A stretch of 63,587 nt of DNA, the filler included, from Welwitschia mirabilis (Eukaryota), in assembly GCA_051453625.1 (NCBI GenBank). It is 9 parts of one record of this genome, joined end to end, with 100 filler letters (N's around TTAATTAATTAA, not from the genome) between each part and the next. Parts side by side here need not be neighbours in the genome. Positions count along the whole stretch, not along the records: positions 22,716 to 54,366 come from JBOZIK010000001.1; 8 more parts are not named here. One strand, 5' to 3'. This document shows, one piece after another, positions 34,601 through 49,264 of the stretch. Position numbers and translations under genes: made by a program. The notes below the pieces were generated by a model, which saw nothing but the letters and a program-made list of their open reading frames with translations, searched no databases and was not told where the DNA came from. How positions within the stretch are numbered: the first letter of the stretch is position 1; each line of letters opens with the position of its first letter.

Positions 34601-35603
34601 AATTTTTTTTTGAGCATAAGTTTTTGAAAGAACCTATTCATCCCCCCTTCCTCTAGGGTTCTCGATCCTATCATACATCACATTTAACTTAAAAATGACT
34701 AAAGATGACTAAGTTATTGCTTCTAAAATGCAAATTTCTAATGTATTAATGTCCTCATAGGCTCAGGTATGCTTTGATGTTGTGCATATAATGTTAAAAT
34801 AAGTAATAATCATTACATGAGTAAGTGGATGAAATATGATGGTGGAAAAGAAACTATAAATCATCTTTAGGTTTAATAGATTGAAGTAGTTCTCCATGCT
34901 CCATGTATCTACCTTAAATCCTAACCTTTTGATCAAAATCATTACAAGCTACTTTAAAGTGGAACAAAATGCATTGGTTTACACCAATTGAACCTCTGAT
35001 GCTGTTATCTCCTAAAAACTATAAAAATACCTCCAAGTGTAGTATTATAATTTTAAAATAATAAAAAAAAATGACTATTAATATCTTATTTTGTCAAAAA
35101 TTTAAGCTTCATCACACCCTAATCAGTCTGCTTGTACATCTCATGCAAGTGATGGTTGTAAGAAAAATTAAGCTTACTACTAATCTGAAGGTTTGCCCAT
35201 AGGGTGAGGTATATTATCTGTTATCGAATACCTGATGATGTCCATTATTTCACCTAATGGTGATGAATTACATCATTTATCGAGCCCTACAAACTAATGA
35301 TATATATGTTTGTTGTTCTATATAGGTGGTTGAGATTCTGAAGATTGGTCATACAAATACAAGCAATATGTAAAAGCAATAATACTAATAATCATGATGT
35401 CATAATAGTATGTGTAACACAAGATAATGAGTAGAATGTAGAGAAATTAGATAGCCCAAACGTGTATTCATTATTCTAAAAATTTTATTAATTCTATTAA
35501 TTTTATAAAATGTAAAGAAAAACATGGACATTAGATCAATAATATAAAGTACATGAAAATTATCATATGATAATATAATGTTACAAAACGATAGTAAGTT
35601 ACA
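31629..35603. repeat. Copy 2 of tandem duplication, interrupted by a solo LTR
   Basis: Same order of blocks as copy 1; extra 1.3 kb at 33374-34673. Confidence 0.92.
33374..34673 (+). mobile_element. Sirevirus-type solo LTR, 1300 bp, TSD TACAT
   Basis: TACAT at 33369-33373 and 34674-34678, single in copy 1; ends CCTATTCATCCCCCC..CTCTAGG..GATCCTATCA; about 12 GTCGACCGGA-like repeats before TATAAATA at ~34007; homologous to LTR 49265-50659. Confidence 0.92.
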
Positions 35604-37799
35604 TAGTTTTCACACATGAAAAACATAGACTGACATACATAAAGATGATCAAGCATTAAATACATAAAATAATGAAAAAGATGGAAGTAAAGTAATAAAG
35701 TTTCACTACTAAAAAAAATATGAGCTAGGGTATGGGGAAATGATGAGGATAAGAATATCCACTACCATTTTCACTAAGGTATTCATGCTCTAAAATGGTA
35801 GTAGAACATTGTAGACAATGCTAAGCTACTTCTAATATTACCTTGATCTACGTTTATGAGAGTAGAACTAAATCATTTTAAAAAAGAAAAAAAATGCAAA
35901 ATTTAAGATGAAAATACAATAAAATTGCCTCCACACTTTCACATTTAATTCTATATAAGTGCTTATCAATTTTAGTTAAGAGAGGACCACACTACTTAAG
36001 ATAAGGTCTAGACTACTACTTCTCATGCTCATAAAATCTCTTTGCCTTTTGAAGCTATCTAAAATTAGTAGAAACATAGAAAGGATAACAAAGATTATCA
36101 TGCCTACAAAATTTGGGATAATAGTAAGTCATAACCTTCCATATCATAAGAGGTAAGGGTATGTGAACAAAACACTAATAAGAATGAGCATGATAAATAT
36201 GGACAAATATGAGATAATGTACATCAGAAGCACAACCTTACCTCAACAACTAAAAAGTTCTTAATATATTAAGAAAGGCATGAGATGTATGTGTAATACC
36301 TATGATGTCAGACATAATGTAACAGGTAAAGGTATGTCAAATGGCCTGAGAAAATTAATAGGAAAATAATTAGTATAAAGACTATAATTGAGGTTAAGGC
36401 TATCTAGAATAGAAAACACCCTATCTAATAAAGCATGAAGATCCATTAATTCCCAATCAATGGTGTGAAAAGGTACATTTAAGGAATTGACTATAGCTTT
36501 AGAGGATTGACGAATAGTAAGATAATCTTTGATAGATTCTCCTACATTTTCATCTTCACCATATTGAAGGTTTTGAAAAAAACATGGCTAAAATATTATA
36601 AGGATCCTAAATAGGGTTTAGATTAACTAAGTATCCACTTGTCCACTTCAAAATTAATTCATCTTAAGGGGTAAAAGAGGTAAAAATCACATAGCAAATA
36701 ACTTCGATAACAAATTTCTAAAAGAAAAGGCATAAATAAGGATAAAGAGAAGATAAAAGAAAATAGTTGAAATAAGACTTATCACCATTTTAACAGAGCT
36801 TAATTGTCTAACTTCTTAGATCACCACATGACCACATAATCCACTTCCCATGAAATTCAAAGTAGAAATAAGGTCTAACAGCCAAAACTAAGGTGTTTAT
36901 AATGAAAATACTATAGATTATTCATTATAGTGGCACTGCAATTCTAATTTACATATTATTTTGGTGTAGTTGTACTAATTTAAGAGAATTAAAATGAGAT
37001 TAAGGTTGTTTTCAAAACATTGAGTAGCATGAATATTAAAAAGAAAAACTAATGACAAAGTTAAGCTTAAAGGTATCCTATAACCTAGGTAATAACTACT
37101 TATACCCCTCAATGAGGATGAAAACTAGGATTCTAGGGTGAAAAACAAATAGATCAATCATAATTTATTAAAAGATTAAAAATGAAAATGAAAAGTTTTT
37201 TTTTTAATTCATAAAATTTTTGGGGGAAAAAGGAGTAGGTCCTCCCCAAATCTCATAGCCCTTTTGAATGTGATTACATATGGCCTATAGCTTTCATTTC
37301 ATCATCAAAAAAGTACCAATAGTTTTGTGTTTTATTGAAATGGAAAGTAAACATTAAAAAAAAAAAAAACAATTCAAATCATTTGGTTTTTTATATTTTT
37401 ACATATTTACACTTAGAAGACAAATCAAAATATATTTTAACTCCATTTAAATTTTGATGAGTGAATAATTTGATTTTAGATCTACTTACTCTTTGAACTT
37501 GACCAATCTTTGAATATTGAATGTTAAATGTTTCGAAAGGAAATACATGAATAATATTAAAGGGGCCTTTTCATTTAGATTCTAATTTTCTAAGAAATAA
37601 ATGACAATAATAATTTAAAAGCAAAACTTTTTTATCCACTTAAAAATGTTTTCCTAAAGTATGATCTAGTCATGATAATATTGCATTAGTTTTCTAGTAA
37701 GAACTTAACTATCATAAACATTTAATTTAATTTCATCTAATTTATTCAATTAATTCATTCTATTTTTAGCACATCTTTCAAGATCAAGATTAAGTCTAT

Positions 37800-38460
37800 A
37801 GATAACATTAAAAGATTAATGTTCTATCTCAAAAAGGTAGAAAGCATTATTTACCAAAATTACTTTTGTAAGAGATCATGTCAATGACTGATTTATAATT
37901 TGTATGATAAGCCCATAATGCATTAAAAAATTTTAAAGACTAATCTTTTCTATACACGTTAACAATTTTCTAAACAATTCAAGTAAGCTCATAGTTTAAT
38001 ACTTCCACTTAGCCATTCATTTGAGGATGAAAATCAGTAGCTACTTTATAACTGATCCACATTTTAGCATAAGTGTAACATTCACTTCTAAACATCCAAC
38101 AAGGTAACAAAATATTTAACTAGTAATAAGACAAAATTAATTATGATATATCTTTGATAGCAATGACACTTTAGTTTAGTTATGCCATAATCATAATGTA
38201 TCATTTTAAAAACCATATTACTCAACTCATAATTAATATATTTAACTAAAAATTATATGCTCATAAGATGTGTTAATCATATACAAAAAGACACTATAAT
38301 GAAGATAAATATACTTGGCTAACATTCAATTTGGCCTACTACGTAATCTAGAGGCAATATATCTAATTAAGTGCATGCAGCTTTTTGTATATGTAAAGTA
38401 TGATGCACTTAATTGCTTGGCTTAACATAATTATAGGAAATAAAATAGTAGCTAATATGT
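37800..38460 (-). mobile_element. Highly decayed Gypsy integrase relic
   Basis: TDFHPQMNG*VEVLN at ~38040-37995 matches the HPQTDGQ.E..N integrase motif; boundaries approximate. Confidence 0.55.
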
Positions 38461-40924
38461 GATACATGAATAGTTATTATATCTGGATCATGTAGTAGGA
38501 CTCTCATTTTTCATTAATTTAGTATTAAAAAAAGGTCTAAGCATAATCATTATTGCACAACACTAAAAATGAACAAAGGTCATCATTAAATGGACGAAAT
38601 TGACAATTGATTAGGTAAGAAATTTCAATCCTATGATTTATGGAAAATTAAAATGAATAAAGCTCAGAAAATATGATTTATTTAAAAAGGTCACTCAGTG
38701 GACTCAAACTAGGTACCTCTAGGTTGTTAAAATTTCTTAATAACTGGCTATACCATTACTTCTTCCTTGTCTATTTGTCTTACATACATAATTCATAAGG
38801 AAGAATCTTAATTATGTTTGATAAAAGATTTTGTAGGTCAATTTATGATTTCCACATGATTATTAGTTTTCTATTATCATACTCTACTCCTTCGCTCACC
38901 TCCTCAAAACCCTTGATCATGACTGAGGGCATCATGCAGACATGAACTTCAAGAGAGTGCAGAAAGAAGGATCATGAAAAGAGAATGAAGAAATAAGAAG
39001 TGGATGTTATAAAAGGATTAGACTCAGAGTTAAACAACTCTAGATTAAACACCTCAGGACCCTTGCTTTAATTTGAGCCAGTGGAATTCCTGGTTTTAAT
39101 CTCCTTTAAAAGAATAAAAGAGAGCTTTATTTTTTTTTCTTTTAATATGTCATCTTCCATAGAATATTTGAATTATTATGTAGTTTTATGGCTTCTTATA
39201 TCTCGTGGCATTAAAGATTTTCATAGAGAAGATTGTAATATGACAATCTATTGGTACCTGCATAGCTTTATGAAGGTTGAGACATCTAGGACCTCATTTT
39301 TACTATTCTTGAAAGAAGAAGAAGCATGATTTACAAGCTTATGGAATTAATCAGAGTCTTTATTTTTTCTTTTTTATTATTGAATGGGTAACTGTGACTA
39401 CGTTGCCCTCTTTTGATTACTTAAAAAAATGATTTTTTAAGGATTTCTTTTGACAGAGGAGTTATAATCATAATAATACTAAGCATGAAGAACAATTTAA
39501 TTGTATAAAGAATATAGATCTGCAGAGGATACAGTATAAGTATATGACAGGTATGAGCAGGCAAAGAACACTAGTAAGGAAGGGAATTAAACAAAAGTAC
39601 AAACTTATAAGTGAATTTAAATCATCAATTATGCATTTGATGTAAGATAAAGGGAATGATTACTTGTAATATTCTAAATTTTCTTACCCTAATTAAGTAA
39701 TTTTTTTTACTCCCTTCTATAATATTATTAACTAATAGATCTAGTAGAACCTAGGATCAGATTCTACTTATCCTTTATTAGCATTTTTATATTCTAGGAA
39801 AAATAGGGCATATTGTTATTGTATACTTACCTATAAGTAATTTTTATGTCATTTTGGTTTATAAGCAATTGTGATGTCATAAGTTTATGTCTTGTATTTG
39901 TTCCTAGTTTTTCATAACATATAGAGAGACCTTGTATGTAGTTGAGGGGATGTAAATTGTTATAAAACATACATAGATAAGTTTTATGATAATATCTCAC
40001 TAATGTAATAGGAGGTTGCAACTCCAATTAATGGCATTCCAACTCAATATCTGACCACTTTCTAGATGTGAGTGGTTCTATTTTAGTTTCTAAACTATAC
40101 AAACATGGTTGGATTCAAATCGACAGGGTTACACTTCATCTCAATATACCCTTAATATAGGTAATAAGTGGTATGTAAGATGGTGCATGCTTATACGTGG
40201 CCCCTACTTCCTTGAAACATTTGTGGATGGTGCATCATGATCCATTAATGCTAAGGTCTTCGGACACTAAGTTAGAGTAAGTTTATACATGGGTGGGGCA
40301 AGAGAGTAGTGATTAAATCCACCTCATGAGGGTACTATTTAAAAAAAAAGAAAAAGAAAAAGAAAAAAAGAGAAAACAAAAGAATAAAAACAATGTAACC
40401 CACCTTGGTGATGAAATCCAAATTTGGGGGTGATCATTGTTAGGATTATTTTGATTTAGTCTCATTCGATGAACGCACCACACAAAGTCATGTATACAAT
40501 TCTAACGTGGATATTTAGTGGATTACTTACTTAGTTATAATAATTCTAATCATCATTGAGCTCATAATAATGAAAATCTTTAGGATCAGAGTAATGAAAG
40601 TCTCCAAGTATAGTTATATAGTGAAAATCATTGAGCTCATAGAATATTATGCCTAAACAATGTAAATTAAGGTTATTGATAATAAGTTATATTATATGGT
40701 TGAATTACCTATATAGTTTTATTTAATAAATTTTTTAAATTTTAAGACATTAATTATAAATTTTTTAGGGCTTTAACGATACACCACAATAAAAAAAATC
40801 ATAATTAATTAATTATGAAACTAAAAATAAATTACAATAGTTTTTCATAAACTAGACTGATAATAGGATCCCAAAAAAATTATTTATGCTATTTAGGATT
40901 CCAAAAGTATTATTTATAATTTTA

Positions 40925-41395
40925 TTATTTAAAGTTAAAAATTATCAAATTTGCAAAAATTATAATCCTACCACACTACACTAAAAATGATAATAACTTT
41001 TAAAATACTTTGAATTTTTAAATGATTTAATATGTTTTAGAAATTTTATTTAATTCTATACAATTAGTATACTCAAATTTTAGATAAATTAATTATTAGT
41101 TACAAAACGGAAATTAATTACTTACTATTTTTGTATTTATTTCCTAACCTATTTTTACAAATAATTTTCTTTAAAATTATGACACATAAAAAAATTACTA
41201 TTTTTAAATTTTTATAGATATAAAATAGTATTAGACTTATAGAAATTTTTTCACTAATTTATACCTACTATTTAATAAGCTATAATCTTCTTAGCCTATA
41301 CCTCTGTTTTGGAAAATTTAACTTTCATTATATGAACATAGTAAAGATCTGGAACTAAATATGAAATAAGTAAAATTAGTAAAACATTGAACATA
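40925..41395 (-). repeat. Dispersed repeat, Athila-like LTR end homologous to 56643-57115
   Basis: Collinear blocks AAAATTATAATCCT, TTTTACAAATAATTTTCT, CTAATTTATACCTACTATTTAA and TTTTGGAAA(A)TTTAACTTTCA in both copies; no PBS next to this copy. Confidence 0.75.
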
Positions 41396-42899
41396 CTACT
41401 TAAAATCAATAATCATAATATAAATTATCTAAGTATTAATAATATAATTAACTATAGAAAAGAAAAATCAATGCAAAAAAAACATTTACAATGAGCTATA
41501 GGATTACCTGATGAGTGCTAGCCTAATAGAGACTTTGAGAATTAGAATTTTTACACATAATAATATTGATATAATACATAATTAATGAAATATATAACAT
41601 TAAATATGTATAATAATAAAAAACAAACATGAATACCCAAATTTTATAATGAACCTCTTAGTCACTTAGCCATATCATTCATTGGTAACCCCCATTACCA
41701 AGTATATGAGAGTCCTCGTTTCTACCTAATGTCTTGAGTAAAAGCTAATGATAGAGAATAATTTTTATCAAATAATTCTATGATAACTATAAAAAATGGC
41801 CTAGTGCCATATTTCATCACTCTAATAGAATCTTAAAAGAGATCATATAAACAACATGAGTAAAAGAGCTTAATTAGAAAGATTAGTAAATCCTTAATGG
41901 ATAAAGATTAATGAAGTTTTAAGCTCAAGAATCCTTAGCTCCAGGATTTCAAGCTCCAAGCTCCATAGGTAAGAGAATAAGAAGAAAGAGAGATAAAAAA
42001 CGACATGCACTTGCATAAAAAAATGGGAAGTATCTTCTTTTTTTTGCAAAAGAGGAAACAGTCTCTATATATAGATAAACAAAAGGCACATAGTTTAAAA
42101 TCATAAGATCATATGATTCATTATTAATAAGTGGGATTAGTAATAAGTGACATTGGATTACAAAAAGAGATATTATATTTATATCCATGCACCTAACCTG
42201 GGTGTTTTTCTTTCTTTAATTAGCAAGATTAATTATACACATCATTTCCTCATGCTAGCTCCTTATTAATCCTTCATAGCCTTATAGGCATGTTTAATTT
42301 AAGATAAGATAAGACACGCATTAAAATAATAAATGTAAGAACTTTAAAGTTCTCATGTGACATAATGAGATAATCCTTTTCATGTCCAATGAATAAAACA
42401 AGTAATATGCCATGAATATCAATTCAAAACATGCATTGAAAGAGTAAATGCATAAATTTTGAAGTTATCATATGATATAATGAGATAAGATTTTTTTTTT
42501 AATTCTAATGAATAAAAATAATTAATATGTTAAGAGTCAAGTTCTATTACACATCTCAAGAAGATAAAAAATATGGTAGAGTAAATTGATTCATTCATTA
42601 TTCCTAGTTCCAAGTAAGAGTGCAAATTCTCATTCACATGCTTTTTTATTTCATAATGCATAGAATCTATCAATCACACAACACAAGGAAAAAGACATCT
42701 ATTCATAGTATAGTATACTTATAACATTTACCAAGAATTTAATATTTGGATAGGTTTTAATTATTGATGGATGGCTTATATGATAAAATAAGTATAGAAA
42801 ATATCACAAAATAATATTAGAAAGTATAACATAATGATGGAAAAATGTACAAACTATACTACTCTAAGCTAAAATAGGCACACATCATTAAATAAAAAT

Positions 42900-44073
42900 A
42901 CATCAAAGGATTACTAAAGAACTAGTTGAGACTTAAAACATTTAGTTCAAAATTCATTAGCATAATAGTCTTGTGATGAAGTTACTTAAACTAATTAGGT
43001 TATTTATTGAAGCTTAATTACATTGTACATATATTACACTAAGGAGAAATAATAAAAGAAATAAAACATAATAGAGGTTAAACAAACTGCTAAGTAATAC
43101 TTATTTCTAGTTACTAGAATTATCTTAGTTTATGTTCAGCTACACAAACAGGAGTAAGATAGAAGTAATATTACTTTTTTAAGTAATAAAGTACACAATA
43201 ATGATACTCAAATGCTTTTTAGCTTTATATTGAAATACCAATTGTTATATAAATATGAGCTAACAACTATGTTCTCCTTTGCAGGTAACAATATGGAGTG
43301 TGGAGAAATGATGCTGGTACCTTTTCAGGCTAGCTGGGGTTTCCTAAATTTACCTTCTTACCTTATCTATTTCTAGAACCTTCTTGCCAAAATGATCCCC
43401 ACTTTTGGTGCTGATCAAATTCTTATACCCTTGTTAGTTTTTTTGTTTCCATTCTTTGCTCTTGAGGACTATGTATATGGTTGGGGTTGTTATGCTTATC
43501 CGCTACCTCAACCTTCTCTCTCATCTCCATGACACTTGGCATCCTATACCTAAAACACAATAATGAAATATATGCATACTAACCTACTAACATACTAACT
43601 AACTAACTTNNNNNNNNNNNNNNNNNNNNNNNNNNNNNNNNNNNNNNNNNNNNNNNNNNNNNNNNNNNNNNNNNNNNNNNNNNNNNNNNNNNNNNNNNNN
43701 NNNNNNNNNCACTTGGCATCCTATACCTAAAACACAATAATGAAATATATGCATACTAACCTACTAACATACTAACTAACTAACTTATTGATTAGTAAGC
43801 ATAAAGATAGATAAAAACATCTATTTGTTGATAAAATATATAATTGACATAATGAAAAATACTTCATTAATAATCAAGATTTACATAAAATTTATCCTCA
43901 TCAATTATGAATTTCTTTTCTCATAAAAACATTCACAACATAATTGTTATCATTAATTAAAATACTATCTTATTTTGACAAGGCCTTTGAAGAAGAAGAA
44001 TTCACCATTTAATTAAAATATTAACATGTTTAATATCTAAGTGGTTAAGGTTTAAAAAATCTGGGGTATGACA
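42900..44073 (+). mobile_element. Probable 3' part of a Tekay/Del-type Gypsy LTR
   Basis: Ends AAAAATCTGGGGTATGACA at 44073, internal TTTGCAGGT motif; left boundary not resolved. Confidence 0.4.
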
Positions 44074-46229
44074 TCATTCTAGATGACAACAAGGCCTGTT
44101 AACAACAAAGATGAAAGAACAAAACACAGGATTAATTATAACACTACCAATAAAAGAAATTTTCCCTAAAAGAATAATGACGCCAAAAAAACCATAGTTT
44201 TAGAAGTTCAAGCAATTATTGATAAGAAATTTATTTACAATGAAAATACCAAGGATAATATTATCGAGGCAAAATTTTGATTAGCTATCTAGGAAAATGA
44301 CCTTCTAATAACTCATTCAAAATAACCATTAATTATTCTCAAGCGTCTAAGATTACAACCACATAAAAAATTTATTTTGAACACATCTAATATAGGCTGC
44401 TTTAAATTTTTTGTTAATCATTAAAAAAAGGCATAAAATGACACTACATGAACTCAAGCATAAAGATCTTTCACCTAATATACACATGATTTAACCATCT
44501 ATGCTATAAAACGTACTTGAAATGAAATAGAGGGCAAAATATCACATAGTTGATAGAATTTAATAAACACTTAGAATTTTTCAAAAAGAAGCTAAGAAAC
44601 CATAATCATCATTATTGGCAACAAAACCTTGAATCGAACAATTATATTAATCAATGTTAAATACATCCAATACTACATATTTCTAACATTAACATGCATA
44701 GAGTTATTTAAAAATATAAATTGTTGTAGTGACATTCAAGTGTCCATTCTTTCCAACATACAATAATTAAAATAAAAACATATATTTCAATGCCTAGCCT
44801 ATGTTGTGACCTTCATTGCTTTTCAAAGTCCTCTTTTTAAGTATGTCATGTATATATAAGTAGGATGTGAGAATTACATCCATCACAATTCCCAATATGG
44901 ACCAAGGCAAGGAATGATTAGGAAGGGGTCCCATGATTACAAGATAAGGAAAATAGATAAAACTAAAGGCTTCACCAAGACCACATAGTTTGAGTTACTT
45001 ATCTTAATTTACAGTTATCAACTTTTACATCTAGTAATCTAGTTGTACCCTACTAAAATGAATATAAAAATCATAAAATTGTGCATGTTTTCTCTTTTTA
45101 AATTTGGTAGTCGATTTTCATGGCCATGTATAATACCAATAGAGAGATTTATCCTATGAAGTTTGTACAATTGGTTATTCTACCTAGTCTTAATTTTCTT
45201 ATTTAGCAATATAATGGTCATAAGTCCATGGGTAACACACAAGGATTCCATAAGGATGATTTATAATAGGGAAGTAATAGGGTTAGTTCAAGGCTAACAT
45301 CATATAAGATAAGTAATGAGACCATAAGTGATATAAGAACAATAAGCTTAAGACCTAAAAGATATATAGTAATCATATAAGATTTACAAGATAAATTAAA
45401 GCATGTAAAACATAAGTAAAATTTACTAGGACCATATAAGATGTAATAAAGAAACTTAAACCATACAAAATACAAGAAATGGTCCTTGACTATACTTGTC
45501 ATAAAGCCAAAATCCAAGAACTCTACTAGCAACTCTAAAGGACTCCAACACTTTTTACAATTGCAAGAAACTCTACTATGCCTTTAATAGATAAAGATTC
45601 ATCTATTTATAACTATAGACTAATCGTAAATTTTAAGTTTCTGCAGGTAGTTTAGATTCCCTTATAATCCATCCTTTTCAAGCGTGACCACTAGGTGTAA
45701 ATAATAATATAAAAATTTTATTAATTAAATTTAATTGCTGAAAATAATTAACAAAAGTAAACTTTTACATAAAACTATAATTAGTACTTCGTGAAAAAAA
45801 TATGATTAAAAGAAATCTAAATCATACTTTAGCTGACTTTTAAAAACAGGCCAATAATCTAAATTCAAATTATAAAAATACAAAATATGCACAAGTAATA
45901 GTAAACTTCATAATTGACTTATTCATTTAAATAATTAACTTAAATTTAGTAATTTTAAGTTAACTTTTTAATAATTTTCTTATAATAAACAAGCATGTTT
46001 ATATTTTTAATAATTCATTTACTATTATTATTGTTAGTAGTTTTATTATTTTTAGACAATTAACAATTAGACTTATTATTATTAATTAATTCATGGAGAT
46101 GAAGGGGAAAAAACTCAAAAAAGTATTCAGTTGATTTAGAATTATTTAATATTTAATTGGGAACAAATAGATTCGATGGAGTTCAAGAATTCTATTTTCA
46201 TTACTTCCATACGAATAAAGAACATTTCC

Positions 46230-49200
46230 CAATATCTTTTTTGTTATCTAATTAACTTGGAAAGTTTTCTAACTTTGGGAAAAAAAGCTTAACATGACAT
46301 GTCTCTTCCTCTTAAGAAGTTTCTCCTAGAAACTTGCTAATAGCTCTAGTTTTTATTATAAGATATTACTCTTTGATTCCCGTGTTACTTCATCTTCTAT
46401 TTAAGCTAAGCATTAAGCCTTGTATAACTTAATTGTTTTTCCTTGAGGAACCATTTTCTTTTATCCAATATTTTTATGTGTTACGATTTTATAGTATTTG
46501 GAAGAATGATTGTATCTTGATACGGAATAATCTTTGTTCCACCAGAAATACATCTCCATAAAAGACATACATCGAATACATTATGTAACATAGATAACTT
46601 TGATAGTAAAGCTAACTCATAAGCCATAGATCCAATTATCCTGATTTTCTAATATGATCATATATATCTTAAGGCTAATTTACCTTTTTTACCAAACTAA
46701 AAGATGCCTTTGAATGAGAAACACTTGATAAATACATAATCTCTTTTTTGGTGTTCTACTTGTCTTTTATGTCAATTGGCAAATTTGACATGTCTATCTT
46801 TGAGTGCCTATAATATTTTTCTGAATTGTTTGATATTTTCTTCTAACTACTGAGTAGATAAAACCCTCAACAATCTTTTATCTACTACACTAAGCCAAGA
46901 CATTAGTGTTCTACATACTTTCCCATTTAAAGCTTCAAGAAGTACACATCCAATTGATTCTTGATAACTGTTGTTATAGGTAAACTTCACTAATGACAAA
47001 TGATCTATCCAAGAACCTCTAAAGTCTAAAATAACTAACCTTAATAAGTCTTGTATTATATGGTTTAATCTTTTAATTTGATAAGTTGTCTAAGGATGAA
47101 ATTCTATACTTAAGTTCAGCTTTCTACCCATTTCTTTGTGAGAAGCTATCTAAAATGTGGAAGTAAATTTATTGTCTTTATTTGGAATTATTACTTTTGA
47201 AACTCCATGAGACCTAATAACATTTTTGACATACTTTCTTATACTTGTTTTAGCCCTATCAATTATTTTGATTAGGTAAAAATGTGCACTCTTAGTTAAA
47301 AGATCCACTATTACCAATATATAATTGTATCTTTCTTTAGTTCTAGGTAACCTTGTAATAAAGTCCATGTCTACCATTTCCCATTTCCACCCTGGAATAT
47401 TATGGAGGTATAGAAGTCCTATTGAATACTTATGCTCTAACTTCACCAACTAATAGATCATACACTTAGCTATGTAATAAGCTATCTTTAATTCTATTCC
47501 TTATTACTAATGATATAACTTAATGTTTTTAGACAACTTATTAACTCTAGAATGAATTGCATATTTAGTTGTATAGAATTCATTAAAGTTCATTTGTTTG
47601 ATCTTCCTCTCATCAGGCATCACGATCTTCTCTAAATAGTACACTAAACCATCCTTTGAGATGGTAAATTATTCTACTTTAGTTTCTCTAACTTTTCTAC
47701 ATAAGGAACAATTTTGTTATGCCTCTTAGATGATTTATTATAAGTCACCATCCACTCTTAAGGTGTAGAGAAATCACCTTCTTTTGCTTAAAGCATCAGC
47801 CACTACATTTGCCTTTCCTGGGTGATAATTTACCACTATATTATAAACTTGTAGAAGTTTAACATATTGTCTATGTCTAAGATTCAAATTAGGCTATGTG
47901 TGAACATACTCTAGGCTCTTGTAATTCATCCAAATTTCTATTTATTCATCATAAAGATAATGCCTCCAAATTTTCAATGCATGAATAACTACTATTAGTT
48001 TTAATTCATGAATAGGGTAATTGCTCTCATGATTCTTCAATGGCCTAGATGCATAGGCTATAACTCTACCTTGACATTAAAACTGCTTTCAATCCTTTTC
48101 TTAAGGCATTCATATAAACTGTGTAAGGCTTTCTTAGTTTTAGTATTCTCAAAATAAGAGCTGATATAGGAATTGACTTTAACATTTGAAATCTTTATCA
48201 TATCATCTTGTCCATTCAAATTTACTTATTCTTTTTTAACAAGGAAGTTAAAGAAGTAGCCACTCTAGAAACATTCTTAATAAATCTCTTATAATATCTT
48301 GTAAGACCAAGGGAACTCCTCACTTCTAATATTGTTTTTGATTTAGGCCACTCTGCAATAGCATCCACACTAATTTCTTCTTCTAAAATCACATGACCTA
48401 GAAATTTAACCTTAGATAACTAAATATTACATCTAATAGGACTAGCATAAAAATGATTTCTCCACAGTGTACCTAATACTATCCTCAAATGCTGCTCATG
48501 TTCTTCTTTAGTTGAAGAATATACTAACACATCATCAATAACGACTGCCACAAGATCATCTAAATACATTCTAAAAATATCATTCATTACTACCATAGAT
48601 GATGGTATCTATGGTAGAGCATTAATAAGGTCAAAAGAAACCACTTTGAATTTGTAATGTCCATACCTAATTATAAAGAAGATTCTAAGTTGATGGTATA
48701 TATACTTAAGATCAATATTAGAAAAGATTTTAGTATACTTGAGCTAGTCAAAAAAAATCCTTTATTTTAAGTAAAGAATAGCTATCATAGTAAAGAACCA
48801 GTGCACCCAATGGTGATTTACTCAATCTAATTAAAACCTCATCTAATAAGTCTTCAATTTTGTGAATTTTATAAAAGACATCCTATAAGATGCTTTAGAG
48901 ATTAGCTCGTTAGTAGCTTTAAGAGATATTTCAAAATCTTCTTCTCTACTTGGTGGATCACTTTGTAGAACTTCAGAAAATAAATTTTTATATTCCTTCA
49001 TGACTGATATTTCTTAAATATTTGATTGAGATTAGAGGGAAGTAAAAATTCAATTATTCCAAAATATTTCCTTTTCTTCACTTCTTTCATCATTTATTTC
49101 ATGCTTATCAACCTCTCCATAATAGGGCTAGATGTTATGAATAGTCAAATCCTCTCACTGCTTGCTCTTAACACTATGAACCTTCTAGAAAAGTAGTCTA

Positions 49201-49264
49201 TTTTAGCTTTATTATCTTATAACTAATTCATATCTAAAATAACATTAACCATTCTAGTTATATT
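46230..49264 (-). mobile_element. Degenerate Ty3/gypsy pol (RT, RNase H, integrase, likely chromodomain; Tekay-like)
   Basis: VILDMN*L (protease end), IDDVLVYS..EEHEQHLRIVL, VKFLGHVI, YHPGKANVVADAL, WKWEMVDMDFITRLPRT..IVDLLTKSAHF, FHP*T; many stops. Confidence 0.9.

Noticed and set aside
40974..40990. CACTACA motif as a CACTA terminus; also CACTA at 35703 and 44142
   Set aside because: 40974 aligns inside the LTR-like repeat shared with 56643-57115; the others lack clear subterminal repeats or partner ends
41508..41550. CTGATGAG as a hammerhead ribozyme core
   Set aside because: No stem II followed by GAAA and no flanking helices
27700..45600. Short 60-105 aa ORFs in AT-rich intergenic DNA
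   Set aside because: Low-complexity F/I/L/K-rich chance ORFs without splice structure or domain motifs
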